From a virus (Duplodnaviria; Caudoviricetes): a DNA stretch of 56,383 nt. The notes beneath the pieces are model-generated. The model was not told the DNA's origin, ran no database searches, and worked only from the letters and a program-made list of their open reading frames with translations. Position 1 is the stretch's first letter. Each line of letters opens with the position of its first letter. Of the stretch, positions 19,544 to 29,230 are shown piece by piece. The position numbers and the translations under genes were made by a program. The stretch covers positions 1 to 56,383 of the IMG/VR virus record IMGVR_UViG_3300031841_002004. One strand, 5' to 3'.

Positions 19544-21558
19544 TCTGTTGGCTGTCCTTCTTCGGGGGGTGCTTCTTCAGGAGGCCCTTCCTGTTGAGGA
19601 GGCCCTTCCTGTTGAGGTGGTGGGGGTGGCGGTGGTGGAACAAGGAATTCGCTAACGTCCATTTGGTTAGCCTCGCCCCACTTAGTGAGCAAGCCATTGA
19701 ATACTTCTGGCTTGCCAGCTTGCATCAGACCCTGAGCAACAGGCATTGCAATCTGCATGAAGTTGTTAAGGTTCTCAATCTTTGTTGCAACATTAGGTTT
19801 CTTAACTGAGCCAGCTTCAACTCGATAAGAGTACTCGCGAACAATTGCATCTGGGCTTTCGCCCTGAACGTGCATCTGCCATGCCTGTGCTGCCATTGGC
19901 CCAAGAACAGGAGCAACGTCCTGTGGGTATATGTGCCATCGAGCAAGGAGGGCTTCTTTGCGAGCAACTTCTGACAGGGCATCTTCTAGAATGTTAGCGT
20001 AGTCGTCTGGCCGCACAGAAATCTGTTCAGCTTTTACTTGTGCTTCAGCAGCACTTCTAAACTGATTCCTAGACATTCCGTAGATAAGTTCAGTCAAGCC
20101 TACACGCCTGTCAAACAACGCAGTCACTTCGCTGATTATCTGATACATGTCAGATGAAACACCAGGAAGATTAAATACGCTAATGACATCATTAACATTT
20201 CTTCCTATCGCTTCACTAATTTCGACAATCTTAAACCCACCCTCTGACTTCTCTAACAACTTGGCCTTCATGTCAGGATCAGCAGACTTAGCAACACCAA
20301 TTAGAGTCTGGCTAGATGACGCTATTCGAGTTGCTAGGAAAGACATTGCCCAGTTGATAAACCGAAGCTCACCAATACCTGGTCTAATTAAAGAGATAGG
20401 CCATGAGTAACCAGGCTTGCCGTGCCAAGCAAGAAGCGTGAAAGGCCAGCCATTTGGCTCTGCCCAAAATGGGATAGGCCACTGTGCTGCCATAAAGAAA
20501 TTCTGTGGCACTCCCGTTTCATCGACTTCTTCCTTCAACATTGACGGGGGAAGATTCAACGGAAAGTCAACGCCTTCAGCCACACATATGTAACAGTTCG
20601 GCCCTAGCTGGTCGAACTTGCCACGCATGGCTTTGTCAGCATCTTTAAGACGGTCTCCAAAACCTGTCTTGGAATATATCTCCCAATAACAAATTAAGTC
20701 GTTCGTCTTGCCACGTTTCTTTTCAGTTTCATAACCTCGCCTATGTCTATCAGACTGTGACGCATAAGATTCGAGGTGTCCCTTCAAGTCTTCTCTATTG
20801 AGATTAAACTTTGCGGCGACTTCATCGACAGGCTGCACTCTCTTACGAGCGCACCATCTGATGTCCTCAAACTCATCCGCATCCATGTCCCAAACGAGGT
20901 TATCTACACTGTCATAAAAGGAACCAGCCATTTTATTTTCGCCACCAGGAGCTTGGTACAGTTCATGCCACCAAACCCCAGCGCCTTTAATAAACGCTTC
21001 CTCTACAACCTTTCTGGAATGATGTTTTAGGTTTAACTCATTAGGCGTGTAGTTGAGATAAGCACCAAGCAAATCACTAACTACCTTTCGCCTCTGGAGC
21101 ATCATTCCTTGATTCTGCATGCCTTGCTGGTATTGCTGCATAGCAGGATCAGGCATCATCACAGGCTGACCATTTGGCCCAATGACAGGCTGACCGTCTG
21201 GCCCCATTTGTGGAACAGGAGGCTGTGGCATAACACCCAACATTTGCGGTGGCACTATTGGGTATTGCTTTGGCGTTACCTGTCGCTGGGGATTCCTGTG
21301 ATGGATTACAGCAGTAAATAGACGTACCGCTTCCCAGACTCTATTGATTTGCATCCTGAAAGCCGGAGGATCAATGCCTTTGTTGTAGCCACGTTCTCCT
21401 CTTGCATACTGGTTTTCCCACATGAAATTGGGGTCTCCAGCAAAGAAGTTCATGGCCTCTTCAGCATCATCGCTAAATGGCTTTTTATGTTTCTCGGCAA
21501 GCTTGATTTTTTCAAGCCAGCCCTTACAAATTGGACGCAAAGGGTTCTGATCAGACAT
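19540..21558 (-). CDS. Portal protein
   Basis: 672 aa, downstream of terminase; helical; SAAEAQ motif, YSYRVEAGS, Pro/Gln-rich insert and tail as in P22-like portals. Confidence 0.8.
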   Translation of the reverse strand: MSDQNPLRPICKGWLEKIKLAEKHKKPFSDDAEEAMNFFAGDPNFMWENQYARGERGYNKGIDPPAFRMQINRVWEAVRLFTAVIHHRNPQRQVTPKQYPIVPPQMLGVMPQPPVPQMGPDGQPVIGPNGQPVMMPDPAMQQYQQGMQNQGMMLQRRKVVSDLLGAYLNYTPNELNLKHHSRKVVEEAFIKGAGVWWHELYQAPGGENKMAGSFYDSVDNLVWDMDADEFEDIRWCARKRVQPVDEVAAKFNLNREDLKGHLESYASQSDRHRRGYETEKKRGKTNDLICYWEIYSKTGFGDRLKDADKAMRGKFDQLGPNCYICVAEGVDFPLNLPPSMLKEEVDETGVPQNFFMAAQWPIPFWAEPNGWPFTLLAWHGKPGYSWPISLIRPGIGELRFINWAMSFLATRIASSSQTLIGVAKSADPDMKAKLLEKSEGGFKIVEISEAIGRNVNDVISVFNLPGVSSDMYQIISEVTALFDRRVGLTELIYGMSRNQFRSAAEAQVKAEQISVRPDDYANILEDALSEVARKEALLARWHIYPQDVAPVLGPMAAQAWQMHVQGESPDAIVREYSYRVEAGSVKKPNVATKIENLNNFMQIAMPVAQGLMQAGKPEVFNGLLTKWGEANQMDVSEFLVPPPPPPPPQQEGPPQQEGPPEEAPPEEGQPTE

Positions 21559-21573
21559 AGCAGCTCCTATGGA

Positions 21574-21582
21574 CTAGTGTCC
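21574..21582 (-). promoter_or_regulatory. Putative late-promoter core GGACACTAG
   Basis: Intergenic, just upstream of the portal RBS (AGGAG). Confidence 0.55.
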
Positions 21583-21905
21583 TATTTGGTTTTTTTGCCC
21601 ACAATTTCTGCCATCTTCTTTTCTAATACAGCTAGTTTCTCAGAAAGAATGGCTATTGTTGGGTCAGCAGGCTTGAAATCCCACATGCCGTAACGGCCCC
21701 ATTCAGGAAACTCCTGCAAGCCAACGTCATCCTTGTGGTGGACAGAAAACTTCTCCACGCCACCATAATCAGGCACAATGACCCAGCATTTCAGACTGCG
21801 AGAAGAGACTTCTGTGACGATGGCAATATTTGGTGCAGCGTCTTCATGGGCATAGTAGTGAATAAAGTCGCCTAGTTGAATCTCAGGCATATCGTAAGGT
21901 TTCAT
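21582..21905 (-). CDS. Hypothetical protein
   Basis: Start re-called at MKPYD; lies between terminase and portal. Confidence 0.6.
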   Translation of the reverse strand: MKPYDMPEIQLGDFIHYYAHEDAAPNIAIVTEVSSRSLKCWVIVPDYGGVEKFSVHHKDDVGLQEFPEWGRYGMWDFKPADPTIAILSEKLAVLEKKMAEIVGKKTK

Positions 21906-23578
21906 TTCTTTAAATCTCCGCAAGGCCCAAGGATGATGCAGGAGTCCTGACCGCCCTGCTGTCTTTTCTTTTTCTCTGTCAGGTACTTAACCCACCAAGG
22001 CTCAGGGCCATTGGTCTTCGGTGGAGGGTGGTATGAAGGCTCAAACGCACAGAGGTATTCCATGCACTGACATGCATGAACATCGCCTCTTGTCTGCGGA
22101 GCATCTGTCACAAATACTTGACCATTAACGGTCGTCGTCTTCTTGCGGTATCTTTTTAATTCTCGTCTAAGGTCAGGGCATGTGCCTTCGAGAATCTTGA
22201 GTCTTGTCGTGCCATCTCCTCGTATGTGCATCATCTGACGCACAAGCGATGTACGAGCTTGAATGTCGTCTGAGCCAGGTATGAATTGGTAGCCTGACAT
22301 CTGAGCTTGAATTGAACGCTTTTTTAACTCTTCAGAATAAAGCTCATGTGGCAATCGGCCTGAGCCAAGGTCACGCAACGTACCTCCATGCATGTCCATG
22401 ATCATCGCGTAGATGTTCTGTTCTTGCAGCTTCTCCTTAAACCTCTCGCCCCATATCTCTGCATTACAATGCCGGATATAAAGTTCGTCGTAGATAAGTA
22501 AATACTTTTCGTTAGGCGGGACTGCGGCAAACAGAGTAGCCATGACGGCGTGACCAGGGTCAATGGCTACATACCTTGTCCAATCATTAGGAACTACCGG
22601 AAGTTCTTTTCTTTCAAGAATGTGTACAGACGGGTTGAACGTGGGGTACATGAGGGTGGACTCATTTGTAAACTCACCCTCTGAACGCATGCGTAACTCG
22701 TCAGGCCCTAACGCAGCCCATCGCTCAATGTTCTTTCTCTTTTCTTCATCATCGATAGCGACGTTGTCTAAAAAGCGAAGAGTAAACTTCTTGATGATTG
22801 GATTCTCAACACCGTCTTCAACAGCCTTCTCGGCTCGCTCGCACAAACCAAGTAATGCATCATTCTTAGAGTGCGGCATAGCACTCCAGACAAACCGACC
22901 CTTACGGTCAGAAAGCCTAGCCTGCATTTCACCGACCCATCTCTCATTGTTGATGTCCTCATCGATATGGACGAGGTCGGCAGAAAAGCCCTGGGGCGGC
23001 TCACCTTCGCTACTAAAAAAGTTAACAACCCATCCGTTAGTCAGCGTTACCTTCTGACAGTAACCAGCAGACTTCAAAACCCAAGAAGTCTCTTTGACAA
23101 AACGAGGAGGTATTAACGGTGGAGCTGGCTTCGCCTTTGTTTTATCATCACCAGGTTTGCATGCTCGCCAAAGGCCGGTCTCTTCGTCTTTAATTATTTT
23201 GAATGCACCAGCACGAAACAGCATCGGATAAGCGACTAGACCTATGTGAGGCCAGTTCCTGCCGACAATGACGATGTTGCCATCTTCCTTGGGGTATTTA
23301 TTGTTGGGGTCTTGGCCCGTGGCGGCTCTCGCATCTTCTACAAATGATGCACATGACTTACCGCTTCTATTACCACCAATTAACAGACGTTCAGAAGCAA
23401 GACATTTATGAAAATCATCCTGCAACGGCATCGGTTCGTACAAGCGAAGTGCTTCGAGTTTACGACCGGCTAGTTCTGCTTGCACCTCACGGAGATGCTG
23501 CAAAGCGTGTTGAGTTATGCCGGAAAAGTTTTCCCCGCTAGGAGTCGGAGATTTCTGAGTCTTCTTTGGCTTCTTCAA
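21902..23578 (-). CDS. terL: Terminase large subunit
   Basis: Walker A GGNRSGKS, Walker B VHIDED, RNase H-like YVAIDPG, IYDELY and a C-terminal DVHAC motif. Confidence 0.92.
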   Translation of the reverse strand: MKKPKKTQKSPTPSGENFSGITQHALQHLREVQAELAGRKLEALRLYEPMPLQDDFHKCLASERLLIGGNRSGKSCASFVEDARAATGQDPNNKYPKEDGNIVIVGRNWPHIGLVAYPMLFRAGAFKIIKDEETGLWRACKPGDDKTKAKPAPPLIPPRFVKETSWVLKSAGYCQKVTLTNGWVVNFFSSEGEPPQGFSADLVHIDEDINNERWVGEMQARLSDRKGRFVWSAMPHSKNDALLGLCERAEKAVEDGVENPIIKKFTLRFLDNVAIDDEEKRKNIERWAALGPDELRMRSEGEFTNESTLMYPTFNPSVHILERKELPVVPNDWTRYVAIDPGHAVMATLFAAVPPNEKYLLIYDELYIRHCNAEIWGERFKEKLQEQNIYAMIMDMHGGTLRDLGSGRLPHELYSEELKKRSIQAQMSGYQFIPGSDDIQARTSLVRQMMHIRGDGTTRLKILEGTCPDLRRELKRYRKKTTTVNGQVFVTDAPQTRGDVHACQCMEYLCAFEPSYHPPPKTNGPEPWWVKYLTEKKKRQQGGQDSCIILGPCGDLKK

Positions 23579-24083
23579 GCCGAGGCTGTTCCTCTGGAGA
23601 AAGGTTAAGGATAGTTGCTGCTTCTGTCAGTCTTTTTGTTAGCTCACTGTCAAGTTCTTCGTCTGACCAAAGTGTTAGTGGTTTCTTTGCTCCTCCCATC
23701 GCTGTATTGCTAGCAGTAAGTCGGACAATGGTGTCGAGCATCTTAGTTCGGAACGCCCCTCCTGGTGGTGCGTCGAAGTATTGTTTCATGTAGACATTTG
23801 CAAATCCTGCAACGCCACCAAAGTAACCCATAAGCACTTCAAGCATTTCGCTTGAGTGCGGTATGTTCGCCCCTCCTATGCGGGCTTGAGCAACAAATAA
23901 ATCAATCGCATCTTTTTCTAACTCAGCTAACTTTTTCTGATCCCTAGCCTTCTTGGCATTCTTTTCGTATGTGTTCCTGCATTCCTTGCATCTCGCATGA
24001 TATCCATCGCGAGTTTTATGCCAGTGTTCCTCGGTGAGCGGGAACTCTTTATTGCACTGTATGCACTTACGAACTGTTTCCAT
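23538..24083 (-). CDS. Probable terminase small subunit with N-terminal CxxC...CxxC zinc finger
   Basis: Immediately upstream of terL; C-terminal SDEEL motif common in small subunits. Confidence 0.5.
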   Translation of the reverse strand: METVRKCIQCNKEFPLTEEHWHKTRDGYHARCKECRNTYEKNAKKARDQKKLAELEKDAIDLFVAQARIGGANIPHSSEMLEVLMGYFGGVAGFANVYMKQYFDAPPGGAFRTKMLDTIVRLTASNTAMGGAKKPLTLWSDEELDSELTKRLTEAATILNLSPEEQPRLEEAKEDSEISDS

Positions 24084-24930
24084 TGCTCAGTAATTTTTCA
24101 ATGCCTTCCTGTCGTAAATCAATTTGACGCAGGTTTGAGTCACACAACCAATCTTCTGAAATTTTCCTACCTATCTCTTTCGCATCTAACATAACTGGAG
24201 GCCCTACGCACTTAGGCTTCCAATGTCCTGCCCATGCGTTCCAATTGCAAAGCACTGGATTGTATCCAAGCACTCTAGTGCCAGCGATTGACAAGTCTCG
24301 CGTCATGGTGACATCCTCTGTAGATGCCTTTCTTGTTGCGTACTTATCAAGCCACTCATAATAGAACCAAGAGTTGTCGTCTTTACTTCTAGGCTCCGTG
24401 ATATCAAAGCACCTCATGTCATACATGATTAATCCAGTTGGCAACGCAGCGCATTCCTGAATGCCTGCCAGCTTAGATGCTGTGTGACGGTCGTATGCTT
24501 CTAACTGAAAGTCTGGGTTTGCATTACCGGATTCTTGGTTCTGCCAACGGAACACGTAAACGCATTCATCGGGAGGCGGGCCACAATACGGTGCGCCAAT
24601 ACACACTGGCCCTTTGTCGTAATGATTTACTAAAAAGTCGAAAGAGGAATCAAAGAAAGGCTCGTCACCTAAATCCGGTTTCATGTCTGAGTCAACCATG
24701 ATTAAGATATCGAGTCCATACTCCCTCGCTTGCATAACACTACGATTGCGGGTCATCGTGATAGGCGTGTCGGAGAGATTCCATATTTTCAAATCACCAA
24801 CGATTGGGTTCTGTGCAATGTTGGCTGCAAGGGGAACCATCCATTCACGGATGTCAGGAACCTCTGAAGAGATTCCTCCGTTGCCTCCGTAAGAGAAGGT
24901 GCAGATTCCAATGTCAAAACTTTTTCGCAT
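24067..24930 (-). CDS. GT-A fold glycosyltransferase-like protein
   Basis: TRNRSV, hydrophobic strand followed by DSD (DxD motif), TGLIM, TED..M and a terminal GH. Confidence 0.65.
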   Translation of the reverse strand: MRKSFDIGICTFSYGGNGGISSEVPDIREWMVPLAANIAQNPIVGDLKIWNLSDTPITMTRNRSVMQAREYGLDILIMVDSDMKPDLGDEPFFDSSFDFLVNHYDKGPVCIGAPYCGPPPDECVYVFRWQNQESGNANPDFQLEAYDRHTASKLAGIQECAALPTGLIMYDMRCFDITEPRSKDDNSWFYYEWLDKYATRKASTEDVTMTRDLSIAGTRVLGYNPVLCNWNAWAGHWKPKCVGPPVMLDAKEIGRKISEDWLCDSNLRQIDLRQEGIEKLLSNGNSS

Positions 24931-25004
24931 GCAACACCTCGGGGGATGGTGAACAGTTGTATAGTATACTCTAGCTACACTATCGCGCTATATCAGTTTT
25001 TTCG

Positions 25005-28000
25005 TTACCTTGGCACGTTGCTAGATACAAGCTGATCCCCAGTATTTGTCACTCTTCCAGGGCCATAGCCAAACAAGTCTCTTCTCTTAACTGGGTTACC
25101 AAAAGCGTCTACTGGATTAAACCACTGGCCTTCATTCTCAGGTTTATTTGGTCTTCCGTACCGTATGTCTACTCCTGGCGTTGTCCATTGTGTCTGTTCA
25201 ACTACAGGAGGTAGGTATTTTGAGATGTCAGTATCTTCCTTGTACATTGGGTTACCGTTTTCGTCGAGGAAGAAATCTTCATTATTAATACCAAGCATTT
25301 CATCAAGCCGTGCGGTAAGAGCTGGATCAGAGGGGTCAACTCCAGACGCTATAGCATCACGCAAGAACTGAGTGGTGAATCCATCGTCGATGTCTTTCCT
25401 AGCGCCAGTCATCAATTCGTTCACATTCAAATCAGGACTATTAAACCCGAGGCTTTTGAAATGCGGTCTCCGTGATTTATTGATTCTGTTAATTAAAGCA
25501 GATTGATAATCTAGCCTTCCTGCTTCAGCCTCGTTGCTATACCCAGTTGACTGACCAATAACATTACCACCAGCATCTAGTGTTGTATTTTGTCTTCCAA
25601 AGTTTGCAGGTTGGTCAGGAAATTGTTCGCGGTATTGATTCAAAGCTTGCTCGTAAGTAGAAGGTGCTGCCTCTGGAGCTGCACCGGCAGGAGCAAAGTC
25701 AGGAGACATGTATGCTTGAGCAAGAGCCTGGGTGTCAATTGAATTGTCGAAGTTCCATGTCTGATCATTTTCAACACCAGTCATTTGGAAAGTGCCAGGA
25801 GAAACCTGCGTTCGCTGAGTGGCTTCAAAGTCCACGCTTTGCTGAACAGGCAATTCAGCGGAGTCGCTTACAGGTATATCCGAAGAAACAGAATCAACAG
25901 GATAATCTGTTTCGTTCATAAAGACATCGTTGTCGTTGTTTCCTGTTTGAGATGCACTAACTTGAACTGGCTGTGCGTTCATTGCCTGCTGTCGCCGCTG
26001 GTCGTAGATGCTTTCCTGTGTATCAACCCCCACAACATCCTGAAGAATGTCTGAGTATTCTCCAGCTTTCTTTCCGCCATCTAAGTCAATGATTGTTTGG
26101 CTTGGTTGTTGCGGAACAGAAACGGTCTGTTCTTGTGCGAAAGCAGGAAACTCGTCCATCATTAATTTATTAGCAGCAATTACATCGTCATTACTTGACA
26201 CTTGAGCATAAAACTCTTCAAAAGAAGGAGCGAGGCTTTGCGAAGTTTGTTGCATCTGATCCGTAGGAGAAGCCTGCAACATATCAAAAGCTGTCTGGGC
26301 CTGAGAGTTGTATATTTGTGGAGTTGGCAGAACATCGTTCATCGACTGAGGTTCAGCAGTGCTTGTAGGTTGTGAAGGCTGCGATTTTGCAATAGGTGTT
26401 CCTTCTCCGTAACCCATCCCATAGTTATTGTCTATAACGCTATTCATTCCACCGTAAGGTGTACCACCTTGTGGAGGAACTTGGTTTACGTCCGTTTGCT
26501 GGGGTGGATCAACCGCCCTTCGTACCCCAGATTTATCAGTGTAAAAACCTGGGAAAGCATCACGCTTCGCCATCTCACGCTTCGCCCGTTCATGCGAAGA
26601 TTCGGGAAAAACGTCACTAAGGAATTCCTCGTAAGACATACTGCCTTCTGGAGGAACTTGGTTTATGTCTGTTTGCGGTATTGGCTCAGGAGCATATCCA
26701 GTTTCACGAAACACCTTTGGATCAGAAGGACTATGTCCAGTACTATGTTGTAGCACTGCGCCGTCATCACGCCTGGTGTAAAAGGGAGGCCCATGTGTTA
26801 TGTCAGTGTGCCGTCTTCGTTGATTGTGTATCTCGATGTGTTCATCAGTCCAATCGCCAATATTTTCTGGCAAGCCATAATCTAAAGGATATTTATCGTA
26901 GTCGTATCTCCATCGCCCGCTATCCTCTGTGCCTTGCCATGCATACCCTACCCCTGGATTGTAATTCGGGTCTCTCAAGTCTTCAGTCGTATTGGGAGGC
27001 GTTGGTGGGGGCGCAGGTTCAGGGACGGGATTGTTGGGGTCGTAGCCAACATTTTGCCATTCCCCTGTTTCCTCACTAAATTCCATTGCACGGGACATTG
27101 AAGGAGCTTGGTTTATGTCTGTTGGCTGGACGCTAGGTGCAGTCGTGGTTTCAGAATATGAAGGAGTAGAGGAAGAAGCGAACCCGTTCGACTGAAACGC
27201 ACGCATCCAATCATCAAAACTTTCTCCTGACTGACTTTGAAATCCTGGGATGCCCGGATTGTCTAGGCCGCCTGTAACAGAAATAGTTGATTCTGTTCCA
27301 CCCCCGGCAGTGTTCATGCCAAAGTTCTGACTAAAACCACTTTCGCTTTCTGACGTTGTAGGTTGATAGTACGACTCGCTTCCTCCACGAACATTGGGAT
27401 TTTCTCCTTCTACAGTCGTCTGGATGCTGTAGTCTTGCGTCGGCATCGATGCCATGCTTCTTGATGCAGCAGGCTGTCCTTGCGGAGTGTTATTGGAAGC
27501 CATTGTCATCGGAGCTGTCATTGGACTGCTGGGTGCAGCCGTTGATGGGACGGTCGCAGAGAAACCGCTTTGGTTCCAGCCGCTATCTTCTGCCTGTTCC
27601 CATCCTGTCTTAGTGATTTGAGGAGGGCCGGGGTCGCTCCAACCTCCACCACTGTAGGTAGGTGGCTGCGATATTCTCTCGAAGATGTCCGGCCCTTTTT
27701 CGGTGTAGCTTTCTCCTCTCTCTGTTGTGCTTTCTTTGGTTGTTCCACCTTTAGTTGTTTCAGTCCGCGAACTGCCTGGGGTTGTGCTAGTTGTAGTAGT
27801 TGTGTTCCTGGTTCCGGAAGTCGAAGACGAGGTTGGAGATGGCGAACCAGAAGATTGGTTTTGTAAAGCCCGAATGGTATTTGTAGACGAAGTGCCAGTT
27901 CGACCCATGCCCTGAATATCGGCTGTTGGTATGTGCGGATTTACTCCAGGGATATGAGATATATAACCGCCGCTTTGACCACCCTGTTGACCACCCTGTT

Positions 28001-28427
28001 GACCGCCTTGTTGACCGCCAAACATTTTCGTCCATTCTTCAGTTGCTTGCCTTGCTTTGTTCGGGTCTGTGCCAGGGGCCATTGAAAGACCCGCAGTCAT
28101 CGGGTAGTTCCTGTCGTTACCGGATTGTTGAGGCGGCTTCGCATATGAGGACGAAGCAGCAGGAGCTTTGTAAGCATCCATGCTGAAACCACTGCTGGAG
28201 CTTCCGCTCTTCGACGAACTGCTAGGAGTGCCATGCCGGTACTGATCATAGCCATCGTTTTGAAATGTTTTTTTCTGGGTATTTATACGATTGCTTTGTT
28301 TGTCATATTTTCCAGCTCTGGCATCTTGAACATACCCTGGTGTCCTATCGTATTGACCAGGCTTACCAGGCCTTTCCGTATAACCTTTTAATGGCCTATA
28401 CCAGCTAGAATTTGGAGGCGTGGACAT
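25005..28427 (-). CDS. Very long low-complexity (S/T/P/Q/G) protein, 1140 aa
   Basis: Uninterrupted ORF with GGQQ repeats and three TD(I/V)NQ.P repeats. Confidence 0.65.
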   Translation of the reverse strand: MSTPPNSSWYRPLKGYTERPGKPGQYDRTPGYVQDARAGKYDKQSNRINTQKKTFQNDGYDQYRHGTPSSSSKSGSSSSGFSMDAYKAPAASSSYAKPPQQSGNDRNYPMTAGLSMAPGTDPNKARQATEEWTKMFGGQQGGQQGGQQGGQSGGYISHIPGVNPHIPTADIQGMGRTGTSSTNTIRALQNQSSGSPSPTSSSTSGTRNTTTTTSTTPGSSRTETTKGGTTKESTTERGESYTEKGPDIFERISQPPTYSGGGWSDPGPPQITKTGWEQAEDSGWNQSGFSATVPSTAAPSSPMTAPMTMASNNTPQGQPAASRSMASMPTQDYSIQTTVEGENPNVRGGSESYYQPTTSESESGFSQNFGMNTAGGGTESTISVTGGLDNPGIPGFQSQSGESFDDWMRAFQSNGFASSSTPSYSETTTAPSVQPTDINQAPSMSRAMEFSEETGEWQNVGYDPNNPVPEPAPPPTPPNTTEDLRDPNYNPGVGYAWQGTEDSGRWRYDYDKYPLDYGLPENIGDWTDEHIEIHNQRRRHTDITHGPPFYTRRDDGAVLQHSTGHSPSDPKVFRETGYAPEPIPQTDINQVPPEGSMSYEEFLSDVFPESSHERAKREMAKRDAFPGFYTDKSGVRRAVDPPQQTDVNQVPPQGGTPYGGMNSVIDNNYGMGYGEGTPIAKSQPSQPTSTAEPQSMNDVLPTPQIYNSQAQTAFDMLQASPTDQMQQTSQSLAPSFEEFYAQVSSNDDVIAANKLMMDEFPAFAQEQTVSVPQQPSQTIIDLDGGKKAGEYSDILQDVVGVDTQESIYDQRRQQAMNAQPVQVSASQTGNNDNDVFMNETDYPVDSVSSDIPVSDSAELPVQQSVDFEATQRTQVSPGTFQMTGVENDQTWNFDNSIDTQALAQAYMSPDFAPAGAAPEAAPSTYEQALNQYREQFPDQPANFGRQNTTLDAGGNVIGQSTGYSNEAEAGRLDYQSALINRINKSRRPHFKSLGFNSPDLNVNELMTGARKDIDDGFTTQFLRDAIASGVDPSDPALTARLDEMLGINNEDFFLDENGNPMYKEDTDISKYLPPVVEQTQWTTPGVDIRYGRPNKPENEGQWFNPVDAFGNPVKRRDLFGYGPGRVTNTGDQLVSSNVPR
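27976..28020. repeat. 12-bp tandem repeat (ttgaccaccctg)n encoding GGQQ
   Basis: Three to four imperfect copies visible. Confidence 0.7.
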
Positions 28428-28580
28428 TTATTCGTCACCCTTCTTGGTAGTCATTGCGTCAGTACCCATGCCAGTTCCATGTATCATTCGCAACCGAGTT
28501 TCGTCCTCAGAAGGCATCTGCTTCGACTCCGCAATTAACTTACGAAGAAACTCAAGGTTCTGAATGGCTGGCTGTTCCAT
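28428..28580 (-). CDS. Small hypothetical protein, 50 aa (MEQPAIQNLEFLRKLIAESK...), not in the ORF track
   Basis: Translated by hand; its stop abuts the start of the 1140-aa ORF. Confidence 0.55.
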   Translation of the reverse strand: MEQPAIQNLEFLRKLIAESKQMPSEDETRLRMIHGTGMGTDAMTTKKGDE

Positions 28581-28614
28581 AAGTAGATATAAAAGGTGTG
28601 GATTCATATGTATA

Positions 28615-28653
28615 GAAAAGGCCCTGGATTAGCCGACCACCAATCCAGGGCCT
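28615..28653 (-). terminator. Rho-independent terminator after the capsid/decoration genes
   Basis: 12-bp inverted repeat aggccctggatt/aatccagggcct followed by a U run on the minus strand. Confidence 0.8.
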
Positions 28654-28683
28654 CCCCCGAAAGCCCCGTGTAGGGCGATATTC

Positions 28684-29205
28684 TTAACGGTCAGTATTAA
28701 CAACAGCTAAGACTTCTTCAGTTGCAGCACCAGCTTCAAGTGCGTAACCGATTACGGCTGTGCCGCCATCATCTACGCGACCGGCAGTTGTAACTGTCGA
28801 AAGTGCTGCACCGACTGCAACTGTACCGTGCAAGATAACTTCTGTCGGCCCTTCGACCGTAACCCAGAAGACATCGTTAGCAGATACACCAGCCGATGGG
28901 AGATGCTCGTCAACAACACCAACGAATCGTGCATTCGCTGCTGTGTTGTCTCCGCTTGCAGCTCCAAGCACGGCTGCACCAGCAGTGCCTATGTCAAACT
29001 TGACAACTTTCTTTGGAAGCAACGCACCGCCAGATGTGTTACGAACAGCAACACAAAGCTTGCGACGATTACTTCGGATAACACCAGTAGTTGGGTTAAC
29101 GTCAGTGAATTCTTTCACCGCTCCAACCCAACCCGTACCGTCAGACGCAGACGAAACACCAAGTGTTTGACCTAACGCCCACGGTGGATCAACAAGAAGA
29201 CTCAT
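28684..29205 (-). CDS. Capsid decoration/cement protein
   Basis: A/G/V-rich, directly after the major capsid gene; FWVTVEGP and IGYALEA motifs. Confidence 0.7.
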   Translation of the reverse strand: MSLLVDPPWALGQTLGVSSASDGTGWVGAVKEFTDVNPTTGVIRSNRRKLCVAVRNTSGGALLPKKVVKFDIGTAGAAVLGAASGDNTAANARFVGVVDEHLPSAGVSANDVFWVTVEGPTEVILHGTVAVGAALSTVTTAGRVDDGGTAVIGYALEAGAATEEVLAVVNTDR

Positions 29206-29230
29206 CTTTTAATTTTCCTTATCTAAAGAG

